A stretch of DNA of 64,000 nucleotides from an uncultured Nitrospiraceae bacterium (GTDB lineage: Bacteria > Nitrospirota > Thermodesulfovibrionia > Thermodesulfovibrionales > SM23-35): the NCBI GenBank assembly GCA_963727775.1, contig CAVSHB010000002.1, forward strand, positions 160,001-224,000, written 5' to 3'. A program made the translations under genes and the position numbers. The notes beneath the pieces were generated by a model. The model did no database searches. It was not told the origin of the DNA and worked only from the letters and a program-made list of their open reading frames with translations. Positions 8,822 through 18,390 of the stretch are shown in pieces. Numbering within the stretch: position 1 is the stretch's first letter; the number at the start of each line of letters is the position of its first letter.

Positions 8822-10198
8822 TTAGGGAGGGGTCTCCTTTTTTGAGGAATTAAGATTGTATTTCTCCCACCTGTACCAGAAGGTTTTATAGCTCATGCCC
8901 AGAAGTTTTGCGGCCTTTGCAGCAACGCCGTTTGCCTTCTGCATGGCCTTTTTCAGGAGATCTTTTTCAAGCTCCTCAATATTTATACCTTCGACCGGGA
9001 ACTCAAAATCGAGTATATCTTTTCCATGGAAAAGTCTTAACTCACCCTTAATGTCCTTTATCCCGATAGCGGAGGATTCACACATCAGAACCGCGCGTTC
9101 TATCACTGATTCGATCTGTCTTATATTGCCCGGCCAATGATATTCACTGATCTCTTTCAGCGCATTTTCTTCAATACCTTTAACTCTTTTGCCGAATTCC
9201 TCATTATATTTTCTGATGAAAAAGTTTACCAGCTCGGGGATGTCTTCTTTCCTCTCGCGCAAGGGAGGGAGTTCAATAGTAATAACCTTCAGCCTGTAAT
9301 AGAGGTCTTCTCTGAAATTCTTATTTACAATCTCCTTGTCGAGGTCTTTATTTGTCGCGGCGATTATCCTGACATTTATTTTTATGCTTTCGCGGCTACC
9401 GAGTCTCCTTATCTCTTTATCCTGAAGTACCCTGAGGAGCTTTGACTGTGTCAGCACTGGGAGGTCTCCGATTTCATCGAGAAAGATCGTACCGTTATTT
9501 GAAGCCTCGAAAAGCCCGATACTCCTTGATGCGGCGCCGGTAAAGGCTCCAGGCTCATAACCGAACAGTTCGCTTTCTATAAGGTTATCAGGGATGGCGG
9601 CACAGTTGACTGCAGTGAATGGTTTCGTGCGTCTGGGGCTGTTGTAATGTATGGCCCTGGCAGCAAGCTCTTTTCCGGTACCGCTCTCACCAAGTATGAG
9701 AACGGTGACAGAGCTTGAAGAGACTTTTTTCATAACCTCCACTGCTTCTACCATTTTTCTGGAGTGGCCGATGATGCCCTCTATCTTGAATTTGTCGAAT
9801 AATGCCTTTTGCAGTTGTAAATTTTCTTTTAAAAGTTTGGTTTTTTCGAGCGTCCTTTGAATCGTTATGAGGAGCACGTCTTTATCAAGGGGCTTAGTGA
9901 GATAATCGGACGCCCCCTTCTTTATTGCTTCTACGGCGGATGAGATAGTCCCATATGCAGTCATGACAATTACCGGAGGCTCGAATGCCTCCTTTGAAAG
10001 GGACTCAATAAATTCTATCCCGTCCATGCCTTCCATTTTGAGGTCGGTCAGGATGACATCCGGGTTGACTTCTTTTGCGATTTTAAGTCCCCCCTCGCCT
10101 GAAGAGGCAGTATAAGTTTCGTATCCTTCGTCGTCAAGTATTGTCTTGAGGATATCTCTCTGTAAGGGTTCATCATCTATAACCAGAACAACAGCCAC
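8822..10198 (-). CDS. Sigma54-dependent NtrC-family response regulator
   Basis: Receiver domain, GESGTGKE, GAFTGA, FREDLYYRL, WPGNIRQ, C-terminal HTH. Confidence 0.97.
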   Translation of the reverse strand: MAVVLVIDDEPLQRDILKTILDDEGYETYTASSGEGGLKIAKEVNPDVILTDLKMEGMDGIEFIESLSKEAFEPPVIVMTAYGTISSAVEAIKKGASDYLTKPLDKDVLLITIQRTLEKTKLLKENLQLQKALFDKFKIEGIIGHSRKMVEAVEVMKKVSSSSVTVLILGESGTGKELAARAIHYNSPRRTKPFTAVNCAAIPDNLIESELFGYEPGAFTGAASRSIGLFEASNNGTIFLDEIGDLPVLTQSKLLRVLQDKEIRRLGSRESIKINVRIIAATNKDLDKEIVNKNFREDLYYRLKVITIELPPLRERKEDIPELVNFFIRKYNEEFGKRVKGIEENALKEISEYHWPGNIRQIESVIERAVLMCESSAIGIKDIKGELRLFHGKDILDFEFPVEGINIEELEKDLLKKAMQKANGVAAKAAKLLGMSYKTFWYRWEKYNLNSSKKETPP

Positions 10199-10240
10199 AT
10201 TATCCCTCCTTATGATCGATTACAAATTTTATCAGAATAT

Positions 10241-11677
10241 TTAAAGGGTGTTCCGCACAATAGGCAGAGCCAATGTAACAGTGCTGCCTTTTCCTTCGAT
10301 GCTTTTAAAATCTACTTTGCCGCCGTGCTCCTCGACGACTCTTTTTGTCAAAGCAAGTCCAAGCCCGAGGCCCGTGCTTTTGGTGGAAAAGAAAGGATCG
10401 AAGAGCTTCGGCAGGTTTTCCTTCGGGATGCCGATACCGGTATCTTCAATAGTAATATACGTTTTACCGTTGGAGGCAGTTGTATGCATGGAAAGGTCTC
10501 CGCCCGCAGGCATTGCCTGGAATGCATTGAGAATGATATTGAATATACACGTCTTAATCAATTCAGGGTCAATAAATATTTTCGGAACATCGCCATGCTG
10601 AAGATGTATCTTAATCCCGTCTTTTTCGGCCTTTGCCCGGACCAGAGCTATTACATCATCAATAAGATTGCCCAAATCCGTTTCATGAAGGTTCAGTCTT
10701 AACGGTTTTCCGTAATCGAGGAAGTCGCCTACGAGTTTATTCAGCCGCTGTATCTCATGTTTAATGCTTGTAATCAGAGATTCAAACGCTTCTTTCCCCT
10801 CGACATCCGCAGGCGGATATTTCTTTTTTAAGTGGTCTATCGATAGACTGATAAAATTCAATGGGTTTCTTATTTCATGGGCGATGCTCTTCGCTAATTG
10901 CGCTATACCTGAAAGGTGCTCGGCTTCACGCAATTTCCCTTCGAGCGCACGGTCTTCCCGCAGTTTCTGGACCATGAAATTAAAACTCTGCGTCAACTCG
11001 CCGATCTCATCTTTCCTGTCCGCTGTCAGGTCAACAGTCAGATCCCCCGCTGCAACGCTTCGCGCCGCGTTTACGACGTTATGGATCGGTTTTGTATACA
11101 TCAATGACAGAAACACCGCGATGAGTATGCCGAAAGCGAAAACCAGGGAGGTCGCTATTATCCTTTTTATTGCATTCGTCTTTATTATTTCGGAAAAATC
11201 CTCTGCGTTTATCCTGAGATGAATATAGCCGTAATGCTCATTTCCCGCGACAACAGGCAGGATTACATTATAGACCTTGCCCTCTTTGGAAACAGGTTCG
11301 CCGAGTTCCGCCTTAATGATGCGTTCTTTTTTCTTGGGCGTGACTTCTTCGCCTACCCGCATCGGGTTTGTGCTCGCGATAATCTCATCGGTATTGCTGA
11401 TAATCGAGATCTCTTTTACACCTTTTGAATTTAGTTTCTTAAGGTAATTTTGAAGCCTCATCTCATCTGTGTAGCCTTTGCTCGTAACCTCTTCAACACC
11501 GACCTGTATAGCTTTTGAAAGCTCCGCCGTCTGGTTTTCGAATTCGGCCATTAAAGCCCTGTCGGACTGCGAGTATAAAAACATTAAGACCGATACAAGG
11601 ATAAGGCTGAGAAAAAGCATCATCCCGATCAGTTTTTTGTTCAGGGAGAGATTGAGTAAATAATTTCTAACGGACAT
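10241..11677 (-). CDS. Membrane sensor histidine kinase (2 TM, HAMP, HisKA, HATPase)
   Basis: AHEIRNPL H-box, NAFQAM, DTGIGI, FFSTK, GLGLGL; start set at ATG 11677. Confidence 0.95.
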   Translation of the reverse strand: MSVRNYLLNLSLNKKLIGMMLFLSLILVSVLMFLYSQSDRALMAEFENQTAELSKAIQVGVEEVTSKGYTDEMRLQNYLKKLNSKGVKEISIISNTDEIIASTNPMRVGEEVTPKKKERIIKAELGEPVSKEGKVYNVILPVVAGNEHYGYIHLRINAEDFSEIIKTNAIKRIIATSLVFAFGILIAVFLSLMYTKPIHNVVNAARSVAAGDLTVDLTADRKDEIGELTQSFNFMVQKLREDRALEGKLREAEHLSGIAQLAKSIAHEIRNPLNFISLSIDHLKKKYPPADVEGKEAFESLITSIKHEIQRLNKLVGDFLDYGKPLRLNLHETDLGNLIDDVIALVRAKAEKDGIKIHLQHGDVPKIFIDPELIKTCIFNIILNAFQAMPAGGDLSMHTTASNGKTYITIEDTGIGIPKENLPKLFDPFFSTKSTGLGLGLALTKRVVEEHGGKVDFKSIEGKGSTVTLALPIVRNTL

Positions 11678-11806
11678 TAAAAGTATTTTATATGCGATAT
11701 GTATCAATTAGTCAACTCGTGAATTATTTTTATTTGATGCTCCGGTACTTCCAATAAGGGGAAACCTCAAGACACATTTGCCTTGTTTAATTACGAGTTT
11801 CATGGG

Positions 11807-12088
11807 TCAATGTATATTCCGGATAAACCGTTCTGCATTTTTTTTACTGAGGACCGCCAGAATCACGAGATCATTGCTTTCTATAGCATAGAAAACACGA
11901 TATTTGTCAATCCTGAGCCTGTAATAGTCGGACCCCTTTCCTTTAATTTTCTTAATCACCTTGCCCCTCGGGAAAGGGTTTTCCCTGAGAAGCTTGAGTG
12001 CTCGGACTATCTTTTCTCCAGCGGTGTCGCTGAATTCGTCCAGATCCCTAACTGCACGCGGAGAAAGGACTATACGGAATCTATCCAC
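11807..12088 (-). CDS. RelE/ParE-family toxin
   Basis: IVLSPRAVRDL...KKIKG...YYRLRIDKYRVFY; overlaps the antitoxin. Confidence 0.88.
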   Translation of the reverse strand: MDRFRIVLSPRAVRDLDEFSDTAGEKIVRALKLLRENPFPRGKVIKKIKGKGSDYYRLRIDKYRVFYAIESNDLVILAVLSKKNAERFIRNIH

Positions 12089-12344
12089 GCTTCTTTTCCT
12101 TTTTTAAAAGGTAATCCTCCAGAGGCACTCCGCCCTTGCTCTTATATTCGGCCATCGATTCGGCCAGCATATCCTGAAGGTCGGCACTCTTTTCAAGAAG
12201 GTAGTCCTCGAAATCCTCCTCGGATATGGCCGTAACGATCGCCCGGGGTTTGCCCTTTGAAGTGATGATCACCGCTTCTTTTTCAGCATTCCTCAAAATT
12301 TCCGATGTCTTGTTCTTAAGCTCTCTCACATTTGCAAATTTCAT
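12081..12344 (-). CDS. Phd/YefM-family antitoxin
   Basis: NVRELKNKTSEILR...VIITSKGKPRAIV, acidic C-terminal half. Confidence 0.92.
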   Translation of the reverse strand: MKFANVRELKNKTSEILRNAEKEAVIITSKGKPRAIVTAISEEDFEDYLLEKSADLQDMLAESMAEYKSKGGVPLEDYLLKKEKKRG

Positions 12345-12357
12345 GCATTACCTCCAA

Positions 12358-12377
12358 GTAGCTACGTTTATAGCTAC
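12358..12377. promoter_or_regulatory. Candidate TA autorepression operator
   Basis: Palindrome GTAGCTAC (12358-65) and near-copy ATAGCTAC (12370-77), centres 12 bp apart, between a TTGACA-17-CATAGT promoter and the SD. Confidence 0.65.
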
Positions 12378-12533
12378 TATGTCATATCTTATGGGAATTG
12401 TCAACGCGTTGACTTAAAGGCATGTTACCAAAAAACATGCATAGAAAGGAGAGGTAACAATTTAAACTGTAAACCCTGAACTCCTATCCAGTTGCACTTT
12501 GCTCTATGCTCTTTCTTTCTGGTAAAATTCCCC

Positions 12534-13436
12534 ATGTTTCTGCAGCAGCTGATCAACGGCCTTACCCTTGGCAGTGTATATGCACTAATCGCATTGGGCT
12601 ATTCAATGGTCTACGGAATCCTTGAACTGATCAATTTTGCCCATGGAGAGATTTACATGCTCGGAGCATACCTCGGCATAATCTTTCTCGGTTTTTTTAC
12701 CGCTGTCGGCCTGACTTCTTACAGTCTGCCCTTGGCATTGGTCCTCACATTTTTTCTTTCGATACTATTTTGTTCTTCATACGGGTACACAATAGAAAAA
12801 ATAGCCTATAAGCCGTTGAGGAACGCCCCGAGACTGAGCCCGCTTATAAGCGCAATCGGTGTGTCGATATTCCTGCAGAATTATGTGATGCTCACGCAGG
12901 GCGCGACAGACAAGGTTTTCCCGCAGCTCTTTGGGGTTGCGGGATTCCGGTTTATGTCCGCGAGTATGACCTACCTTCAGTTTTTTATAATACTCACGTC
13001 GGTAGTCCTGATGATCGTGCTTCACCTGTTTGTGAGAAAGACACGGATGGGGAAGGCCATGAGAGCGGTCGCGCAGGACAAGACGATGGCCTTGCTCGTG
13101 GGTATTAACATAAATACTATCATCTCATTGACGTTCATCATAGGTTCGGGTCTTGCCGCGGTGGCGGGACTTATGGTTGCCATGTACTACGGGCTTGTGA
13201 ACTATTCTATCGGTTATATAGCAGGCATAAAGGCCTTTACCGCTGCGGTCCTCGGCGGCATAGGCAGCATACGCGGGGCCATGGTCGGCGGCATTTTATT
13301 GGGGCTTGTCGAAAGCCTTGGAGGCAGCTACATATCGAGCGAATATAAGGACGCCTATGCGTTTGTTATCCTGATCATAATACTACTTATTAAGCCCGGC
13401 GGTCTTTTCGGCAAGGCGGAGCTTGAGAAGGTTTAA
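12534..13436 (+). CDS. livH: Branched-chain amino acid ABC transporter permease
   Basis: MFLQQLINGLTLGSVYALIALGYSMVYG...INFAHGE, KAFTAAVLGGIGS. Confidence 0.95.
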   Translation: MFLQQLINGLTLGSVYALIALGYSMVYGILELINFAHGEIYMLGAYLGIIFLGFFTAVGLTSYSLPLALVLTFFLSILFCSSYGYTIEKIAYKPLRNAPRLSPLISAIGVSIFLQNYVMLTQGATDKVFPQLFGVAGFRFMSASMTYLQFFIILTSVVLMIVLHLFVRKTRMGKAMRAVAQDKTMALLVGININTIISLTFIIGSGLAAVAGLMVAMYYGLVNYSIGYIAGIKAFTAAVLGGIGSIRGAMVGGILLGLVESLGGSYISSEYKDAYAFVILIIILLIKPGGLFGKAELEKV

Positions 13437-13444
13437 AAGTACAA

Positions 13445-14626
13445 ATGAAAAGTCACAATCCAGATAACACCCCTTTACCTGCCTTCGCCAAAAAATGGGG
13501 GGGCTTTGCAAAACCATTCATCAGTGCGCTATGGTTGTCCTTGCTCTTTCTTCCATTTAGGGGATTGAAGGCAGCTTTTCTGTTTTTCATAATTTTCTCT
13601 GTTCTTCTTATCGCTTTAAAGTTACTTTCCCCTTATAAAAAAATATTTGCGGAGGGGTTCAGGACTTTTGGTAATAAAATTTATTGTTCATTATTCATTG
13701 CCCGTTATCCGTCACTCTTTACTCGGGCTGCATTACTGCTGTTTGTCGTCATCCTGCCGTTCTTCGCGGGGGATTACTTTATCGATATTGCAATCCTCGC
13801 CGGCATTTATATAATACTTGCGCTCGGCCTGAATGTAGTAGTCGGTTTTACGGGTCTCCTGAATCTTGGTTTTGTAGCGTTCTATGCGATAGGCGCTTAC
13901 GCGTATGCACTCCTGAATACAAAATTCGGCATCGGGTTCTGGACGGCCCTTCCTTTCTCCATAGGTCTTACTACCGTGACCGGCTTTCTCCTTGCGATAC
14001 CGGCGCTTCGCCTGAAAGGAGACTATCTCGCAATCGTGACGCTGGGTTTCGGAGAAATTGTGCGGCTTGTATTGAATAATTGGGACAGCGTGACGCGCGG
14101 GCCGAACGGGATATCCGGCATCTCTCCTCCTGCCGTTTTATCTGTATCTCTCGGCAAACTTTCACATTATTATTATTTCGTCATGCTTTTTGTGCTGTTG
14201 AGTATTTTTGTGACTCAAAGGGTTTATTCTTCGAGGATAGGGAGGGCATGGGTCGCCATACGGGAAGATGAAATAGCCTCGTCGGTTATGGGTATTAATA
14301 CCACCATGTATAAACTCTATGCATTCGCTTTCGGCGCTTTCTGGGCCGGGCTGGCAGGCGCGATCTTCGCGGGTAAAATGCAGTTTGTTTCTCCTGAAAG
14401 TTTTACGTTTATGGAATCGGTATTGATATTGTGCATGGTGATCCTCGGCGGGCTCGGCAGCATCATGGGTGTTGTTTTTGGCGCTCTTATTCTGGTTTTG
14501 CTGCCGGAAGTTTTGCGTGAGATACAGCTATACAGGATGCTTGCTCTCGGGATAGGGCTTGTGCTTCTGATGGTTTTCAGGCCCCAAGGGTTATTGGGAG
14601 GGAAAAGTGTATCTCCTGGAGATTAG
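13445..14626 (+). CDS. livM: Branched-chain amino acid ABC transporter permease
   Basis: GLNVVVGFTGLLNLG, LRLKGDYLAIVTLGFGE, GRAWVAIREDE. Confidence 0.95.
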   Translation: MKSHNPDNTPLPAFAKKWGGFAKPFISALWLSLLFLPFRGLKAAFLFFIIFSVLLIALKLLSPYKKIFAEGFRTFGNKIYCSLFIARYPSLFTRAALLLFVVILPFFAGDYFIDIAILAGIYIILALGLNVVVGFTGLLNLGFVAFYAIGAYAYALLNTKFGIGFWTALPFSIGLTTVTGFLLAIPALRLKGDYLAIVTLGFGEIVRLVLNNWDSVTRGPNGISGISPPAVLSVSLGKLSHYYYFVMLFVLLSIFVTQRVYSSRIGRAWVAIREDEIASSVMGINTTMYKLYAFAFGAFWAGLAGAIFAGKMQFVSPESFTFMESVLILCMVILGGLGSIMGVVFGALILVLLPEVLREIQLYRMLALGIGLVLLMVFRPQGLLGGKSVSPGD

Positions 14627-15368
14627 AGACTTATCAATGCGCTTCGGCGGCATCAAAGCCATTGAAGGATTGACCCTCAGGGTAAAGGAAGGGGTCATAA
14701 TGAGCATCATAGGACCGAACGGCGCAGGAAAAACAACGTTCTTTAACTGTCTCACCGGTCTTGCAAAACCCGTGAAGGGAAAGATTCATTTCTATCATAC
14801 GGATGTTACCGGTCTTGCACCGTATGACATTGTACGACTCGGCATATCAAGGACATTCCAGAATATCAGACTTTTCAGAGAGATGACCGTTATGGAAAAT
14901 GTTATGGTTGCACAACACTCCAGGACGGGTTCCGGCCTTTTAGGATCGGTCCTCCGTTTTGAAAAGTTTCGGAATGAAGAGAGAGACATCAGGGAAAAGG
15001 CCATGGAATACCTGGAGTTTGTAGGCCTGGCTGATTATGCGGATGCAACATCCGGGACCCTTCCATATGGCGCACAGAGACGGCTGGAGATTGCGCGTGC
15101 CCTGGCGACCGAGCCGTCGATGATATTGCTTGATGAGCCGACCGCCGGGATGAACCCACAGGAGACATCAGAGGTTATGAACCTGATAAAAAATTTAAAG
15201 GAACTCGGCAAGACTGTCTTGCTCATAGAGCATGATATGAAAGTGGTCATGGGAATCTCCGATTGGATAGCTGTCCTTGATCACGGGGTGAAGATTGCGG
15301 AAGGGCTCCCAAGAGAAATAAAAAAAAATCCGGTCGTTATAGAGGCGTATCTCGGGAAGGAACTTTAG
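14607..15368 (+). CDS. livG: Branched-chain amino acid ABC transporter ATP-binding protein
   Basis: GPNGAGKTT, RTFQNIRLF, LPYGAQRRLEIARAL, IEHDM, VIEAYLG. Confidence 0.95.
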   Translation: MYLLEIRDLSMRFGGIKAIEGLTLRVKEGVIMSIIGPNGAGKTTFFNCLTGLAKPVKGKIHFYHTDVTGLAPYDIVRLGISRTFQNIRLFREMTVMENVMVAQHSRTGSGLLGSVLRFEKFRNEERDIREKAMEYLEFVGLADYADATSGTLPYGAQRRLEIARALATEPSMILLDEPTAGMNPQETSEVMNLIKNLKELGKTVLLIEHDMKVVMGISDWIAVLDHGVKIAEGLPREIKKNPVVIEAYLGKEL

Positions 15369-15392
15369 CCTTAATGATACTTCGATGCGCAT

Positions 15393-16130
15393 ATGCTTGA
15401 ACTAAGAAACGTGCACACATTCTACGGTCCTATTGAGGCGTTGAAGGGCATTGATATAGAGGTAAAACGGGGTGAGATTGTCTGTCTCATCGGGAACAAT
15501 GGCGCCGGGAAATCCACAACATTAATGACGATATCCGGAATTCTTCTTCCCCGATCAGGTGACATCCTTTTCGATGGGAAAAGTATCAAAGGACTTGCTC
15601 CATATAAGATTGTAGGAATAGGAGTCAGTCAGGTGCCTGAAGGAAGGAGGATTTTCCCAAGGCTTACAGTCAGAGAGAATCTTGAGATGGGAGCCTATTC
15701 AGTTGCCGGTTCTCGTTTTACGGCCTTCAGAAAACCAAAAACCCATGAAAAGATAAAAGAGCGTCTGGAAAAAGTGTTTGATTTATTTTCTGTTCTGAAA
15801 GAAAGACATAATCAACCTGGGGGTACCCTGAGCGGGGGAGAACAGCAGATGCTCGCAATCGGAAGGGCACTTATGTCAAATCCGGAACTCCTGCTTCTCG
15901 ATGAACCTTCCCTTGGCCTTGCCCCGATCATCGTTACGAAAATATTCAGAACTATAAAAGAGATAAACAGGGAAGGAGTTACCGTGCTTCTGGTCGAACA
16001 AAATGCAAGCGCGGCACTTAAATTATCAAGCAGGGGGTATGTACTTGAAAATGGCAGGGTTGCACTTGAAGGGAGAGGGGAAGAACTCTTGAATGATGAA
16101 CAAGTCAGGAAGGCGTATCTCGGAGAGTAG
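15393..16130 (+). CDS. livF: Branched-chain amino acid ABC transporter ATP-binding protein
   Basis: GNNGAGKST, VPEGRRIF, LSGGEQQMLAIGRALM, LDEPSLGLAP. Confidence 0.95.
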   Translation: MLELRNVHTFYGPIEALKGIDIEVKRGEIVCLIGNNGAGKSTTLMTISGILLPRSGDILFDGKSIKGLAPYKIVGIGVSQVPEGRRIFPRLTVRENLEMGAYSVAGSRFTAFRKPKTHEKIKERLEKVFDLFSVLKERHNQPGGTLSGGEQQMLAIGRALMSNPELLLLDEPSLGLAPIIVTKIFRTIKEINREGVTVLLVEQNASAALKLSSRGYVLENGRVALEGRGEELLNDEQVRKAYLGE

Positions 16131-16158
16131 CCTTGTGGAAATATGCTATAATTTCCAG

Positions 16159-16437
16159 ATGGAAGCCGCGCGGGCTCATTTATTCATTGACGGCGAAGTC
16201 CAGGGAGTCTTTTACAGGACCTTTACCATGGGAATTGCACATAACCTTGGCCTGAACGGATGGGTCAGAAATCTCAGAGACGGCAGAGTTGAAGCGGTCT
16301 TCGAAGGGGATAAAAGACTTATTGAGCAGGCAATTCAAGAATGCTACAGAGGTCCCTCTGGCGCAAGTGTATCAAATATAGATGTTCAATGGGAAGCCTT
16401 CTCAGGCGTTGAGAAAGGGTTCATCGTAAGATATTAA
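16159..16437 (+). CDS. acyP: Acylphosphatase
   Basis: GEVQGVFYR, GWVRNLRDGRVE. Confidence 0.93.
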   Translation: MEAARAHLFIDGEVQGVFYRTFTMGIAHNLGLNGWVRNLRDGRVEAVFEGDKRLIEQAIQECYRGPSGASVSNIDVQWEAFSGVEKGFIVRY

Positions 16438-16519
16438 TATAAGCAATGCGATATTGTTCAAGATTTGTTCCCCCCGTTAAAGCTCTTTATTTAAATGAAT
16501 TCAAGAGAGATAGAAATGA

Positions 16520-18163
16520 ATGTTAAAGGAACTCAGGATAAAGAATCTTGCCATCATTGATGACCTGAGGGTCAGGTTTGAAGGCGGACTTAATGTGCTG
16601 ACGGGCGAAACCGGGGCAGGGAAATCCATACTGGTAGATTCCCTCAACCTTGTCCTCGGAAGCCGTGCCCAGTCGGATTTAATAAGGGCAGGAGAAAAGG
16701 AAGCGGTTGTCCAGGCATATTTTGAGGTACAGGGAGTCAATACGATCCGTGATATCGGCATAGATGTGTCCAACAGTCTTATCCTCAGGAGGTCCATCTC
16801 CGCTTCAGGAAAGAGCAGGGCTTATATCAACGACACGATGGTAAGCCTGCAGAGTCTTGCGGAAGTAGGCAGGTCTCTCGTTGATATCCATGGACAGCAT
16901 GAACACCAGAGCCTGTTGTCTGTTGGCAAGCAGAGAGATTTTCTTGATTCTTTCGGTAAACTTCAAGGGGAGAAGAAAAGGCTGGAATCCCTTTATGCAG
17001 AGGCAGAAGCGCTTAAAACGGAAGAGGCCGGCTTAAGACAAAACGTGAAAGAGAGAGCGCACAGACTTGATTTGCTGAGGTTTCAGATTAATGAGATAGA
17101 CGCAGCTTCACTAAAAGACAATGAAAAAGAGCGTTTGCTCGAAGAAAGAACGATTTTATCAAATACAGGCAGGTTGAAAGAACTTGCTGAAGCGGCCTAT
17201 TCTATGATCTATGGGGCTGATGGTTCATGTATTGAAACTCTTTCATCTATAATATTAAAAGTGAGAGAGATCGTATCAATAGACCAAAGCGTCGGTGAAA
17301 CTCTGAAGACGCTTGAGGCGGGGTACCCGTTCATTGAGGATGCGGCTTTTTCCATCAGGGGGTTTAGAGATAGGTATGATGCCGAACCTGAAAGGCTTGC
17401 TGCAATCGACGACAGGATAGAATTGTTGAAAAAGCTCGAAAGGAAATATGGGGAAGGGGTTGGAAATATTACCGGATACAGGGATGAGGCCGAGAAAGAA
17501 TTGAGGGAACTTGAGCTTGCCGATGATAGGCTTGATACCCTTGAGGCTGACCTTAAGAAAAAAGAGGAAAACCTCCTCAGGTGCGCGACAGCGCTTTCCG
17601 AGCAAAGGAAAAAGGCAGCGAAAATGATGGAGGAACTCGTTATAAAGGAACTCAAAGAGCTTGCGTTCAGTAATACAGAGTTTGTTATAGATGTACGGAA
17701 GGGAATTCTTTCTTCTCACGGCCTTGATAAAGTGGAATTTTTATTTTCGGCAAATCCTGGAGAACCTCCCCGGCCTTTGGCAAAGATAGCCTCGGGAGGA
17801 GAGCTTTCAAGAGTTATGCTTGCACTAAAAAGCATACTCGCAGATTTTGACAGCGCCTCTGTCCTCGTATTCGATGAGGTCGACGCGGGAATAGGGGGAA
17901 AGACTGCGGAAAGTGTAGGTAGGAAACTAAAGACAATATCGAATAAACACCAAGTGCTCTGCGCAACACATCTGCCGCAGATAGCCTCAATGGGGGATTT
18001 TCATTTAAAGGCTGAGAAAGGGCAAAGAGATGAAAGGGCGTATGTTGAAGTAAAAGAAATTTCGGGGAAGGAACGGTTGAATGAGATTGCAAGGATGTTG
18101 AGCGGCAAGATAACAGAGGTCTCGCTCAGTCATGCGAAGGAACTCCTTGAGCGCGCCTTATGA
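16520..18163 (+). CDS. recN: DNA repair protein RecN
   Basis: LTGETGAGKSIL, DIHGQHEHQ, ASGGELSRVML, FDEVDAGIGG, THLPQIA. Confidence 0.97.
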   Translation: MLKELRIKNLAIIDDLRVRFEGGLNVLTGETGAGKSILVDSLNLVLGSRAQSDLIRAGEKEAVVQAYFEVQGVNTIRDIGIDVSNSLILRRSISASGKSRAYINDTMVSLQSLAEVGRSLVDIHGQHEHQSLLSVGKQRDFLDSFGKLQGEKKRLESLYAEAEALKTEEAGLRQNVKERAHRLDLLRFQINEIDAASLKDNEKERLLEERTILSNTGRLKELAEAAYSMIYGADGSCIETLSSIILKVREIVSIDQSVGETLKTLEAGYPFIEDAAFSIRGFRDRYDAEPERLAAIDDRIELLKKLERKYGEGVGNITGYRDEAEKELRELELADDRLDTLEADLKKKEENLLRCATALSEQRKKAAKMMEELVIKELKELAFSNTEFVIDVRKGILSSHGLDKVEFLFSANPGEPPRPLAKIASGGELSRVMLALKSILADFDSASVLVFDEVDAGIGGKTAESVGRKLKTISNKHQVLCATHLPQIASMGDFHLKAEKGQRDERAYVEVKEISGKERLNEIARMLSGKITEVSLSHAKELLERAL

Positions 18164-18390
18164 AAGGGATGATTGTCATAGACAAGGAATTGTGTAAGGG
18201 CTGCACCTACTGTGTAGACGCATGTCCATTAGACGTTATTACCATTGAAGAGAAATTCAATAAGAAAGGTTTTTTCCCGGCAGCCCCTGCATATCCGGAA
18301 AAATGCACAGGTTGCGCACTTTGTGCGCAGATGTGTCCGGAAGTGGCGATAGAGGTATACAGGGCAAGCAAAAAGCACAAAGTTGGATAA
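18160..18390 (+). CDS. 2x[4Fe-4S] dicluster ferredoxin-like protein
   Basis: CKGCTYCVDACP and CTGCALCAQMCP. Confidence 0.9.
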   Translation: MKGMIVIDKELCKGCTYCVDACPLDVITIEEKFNKKGFFPAAPAYPEKCTGCALCAQMCPEVAIEVYRASKKHKVG

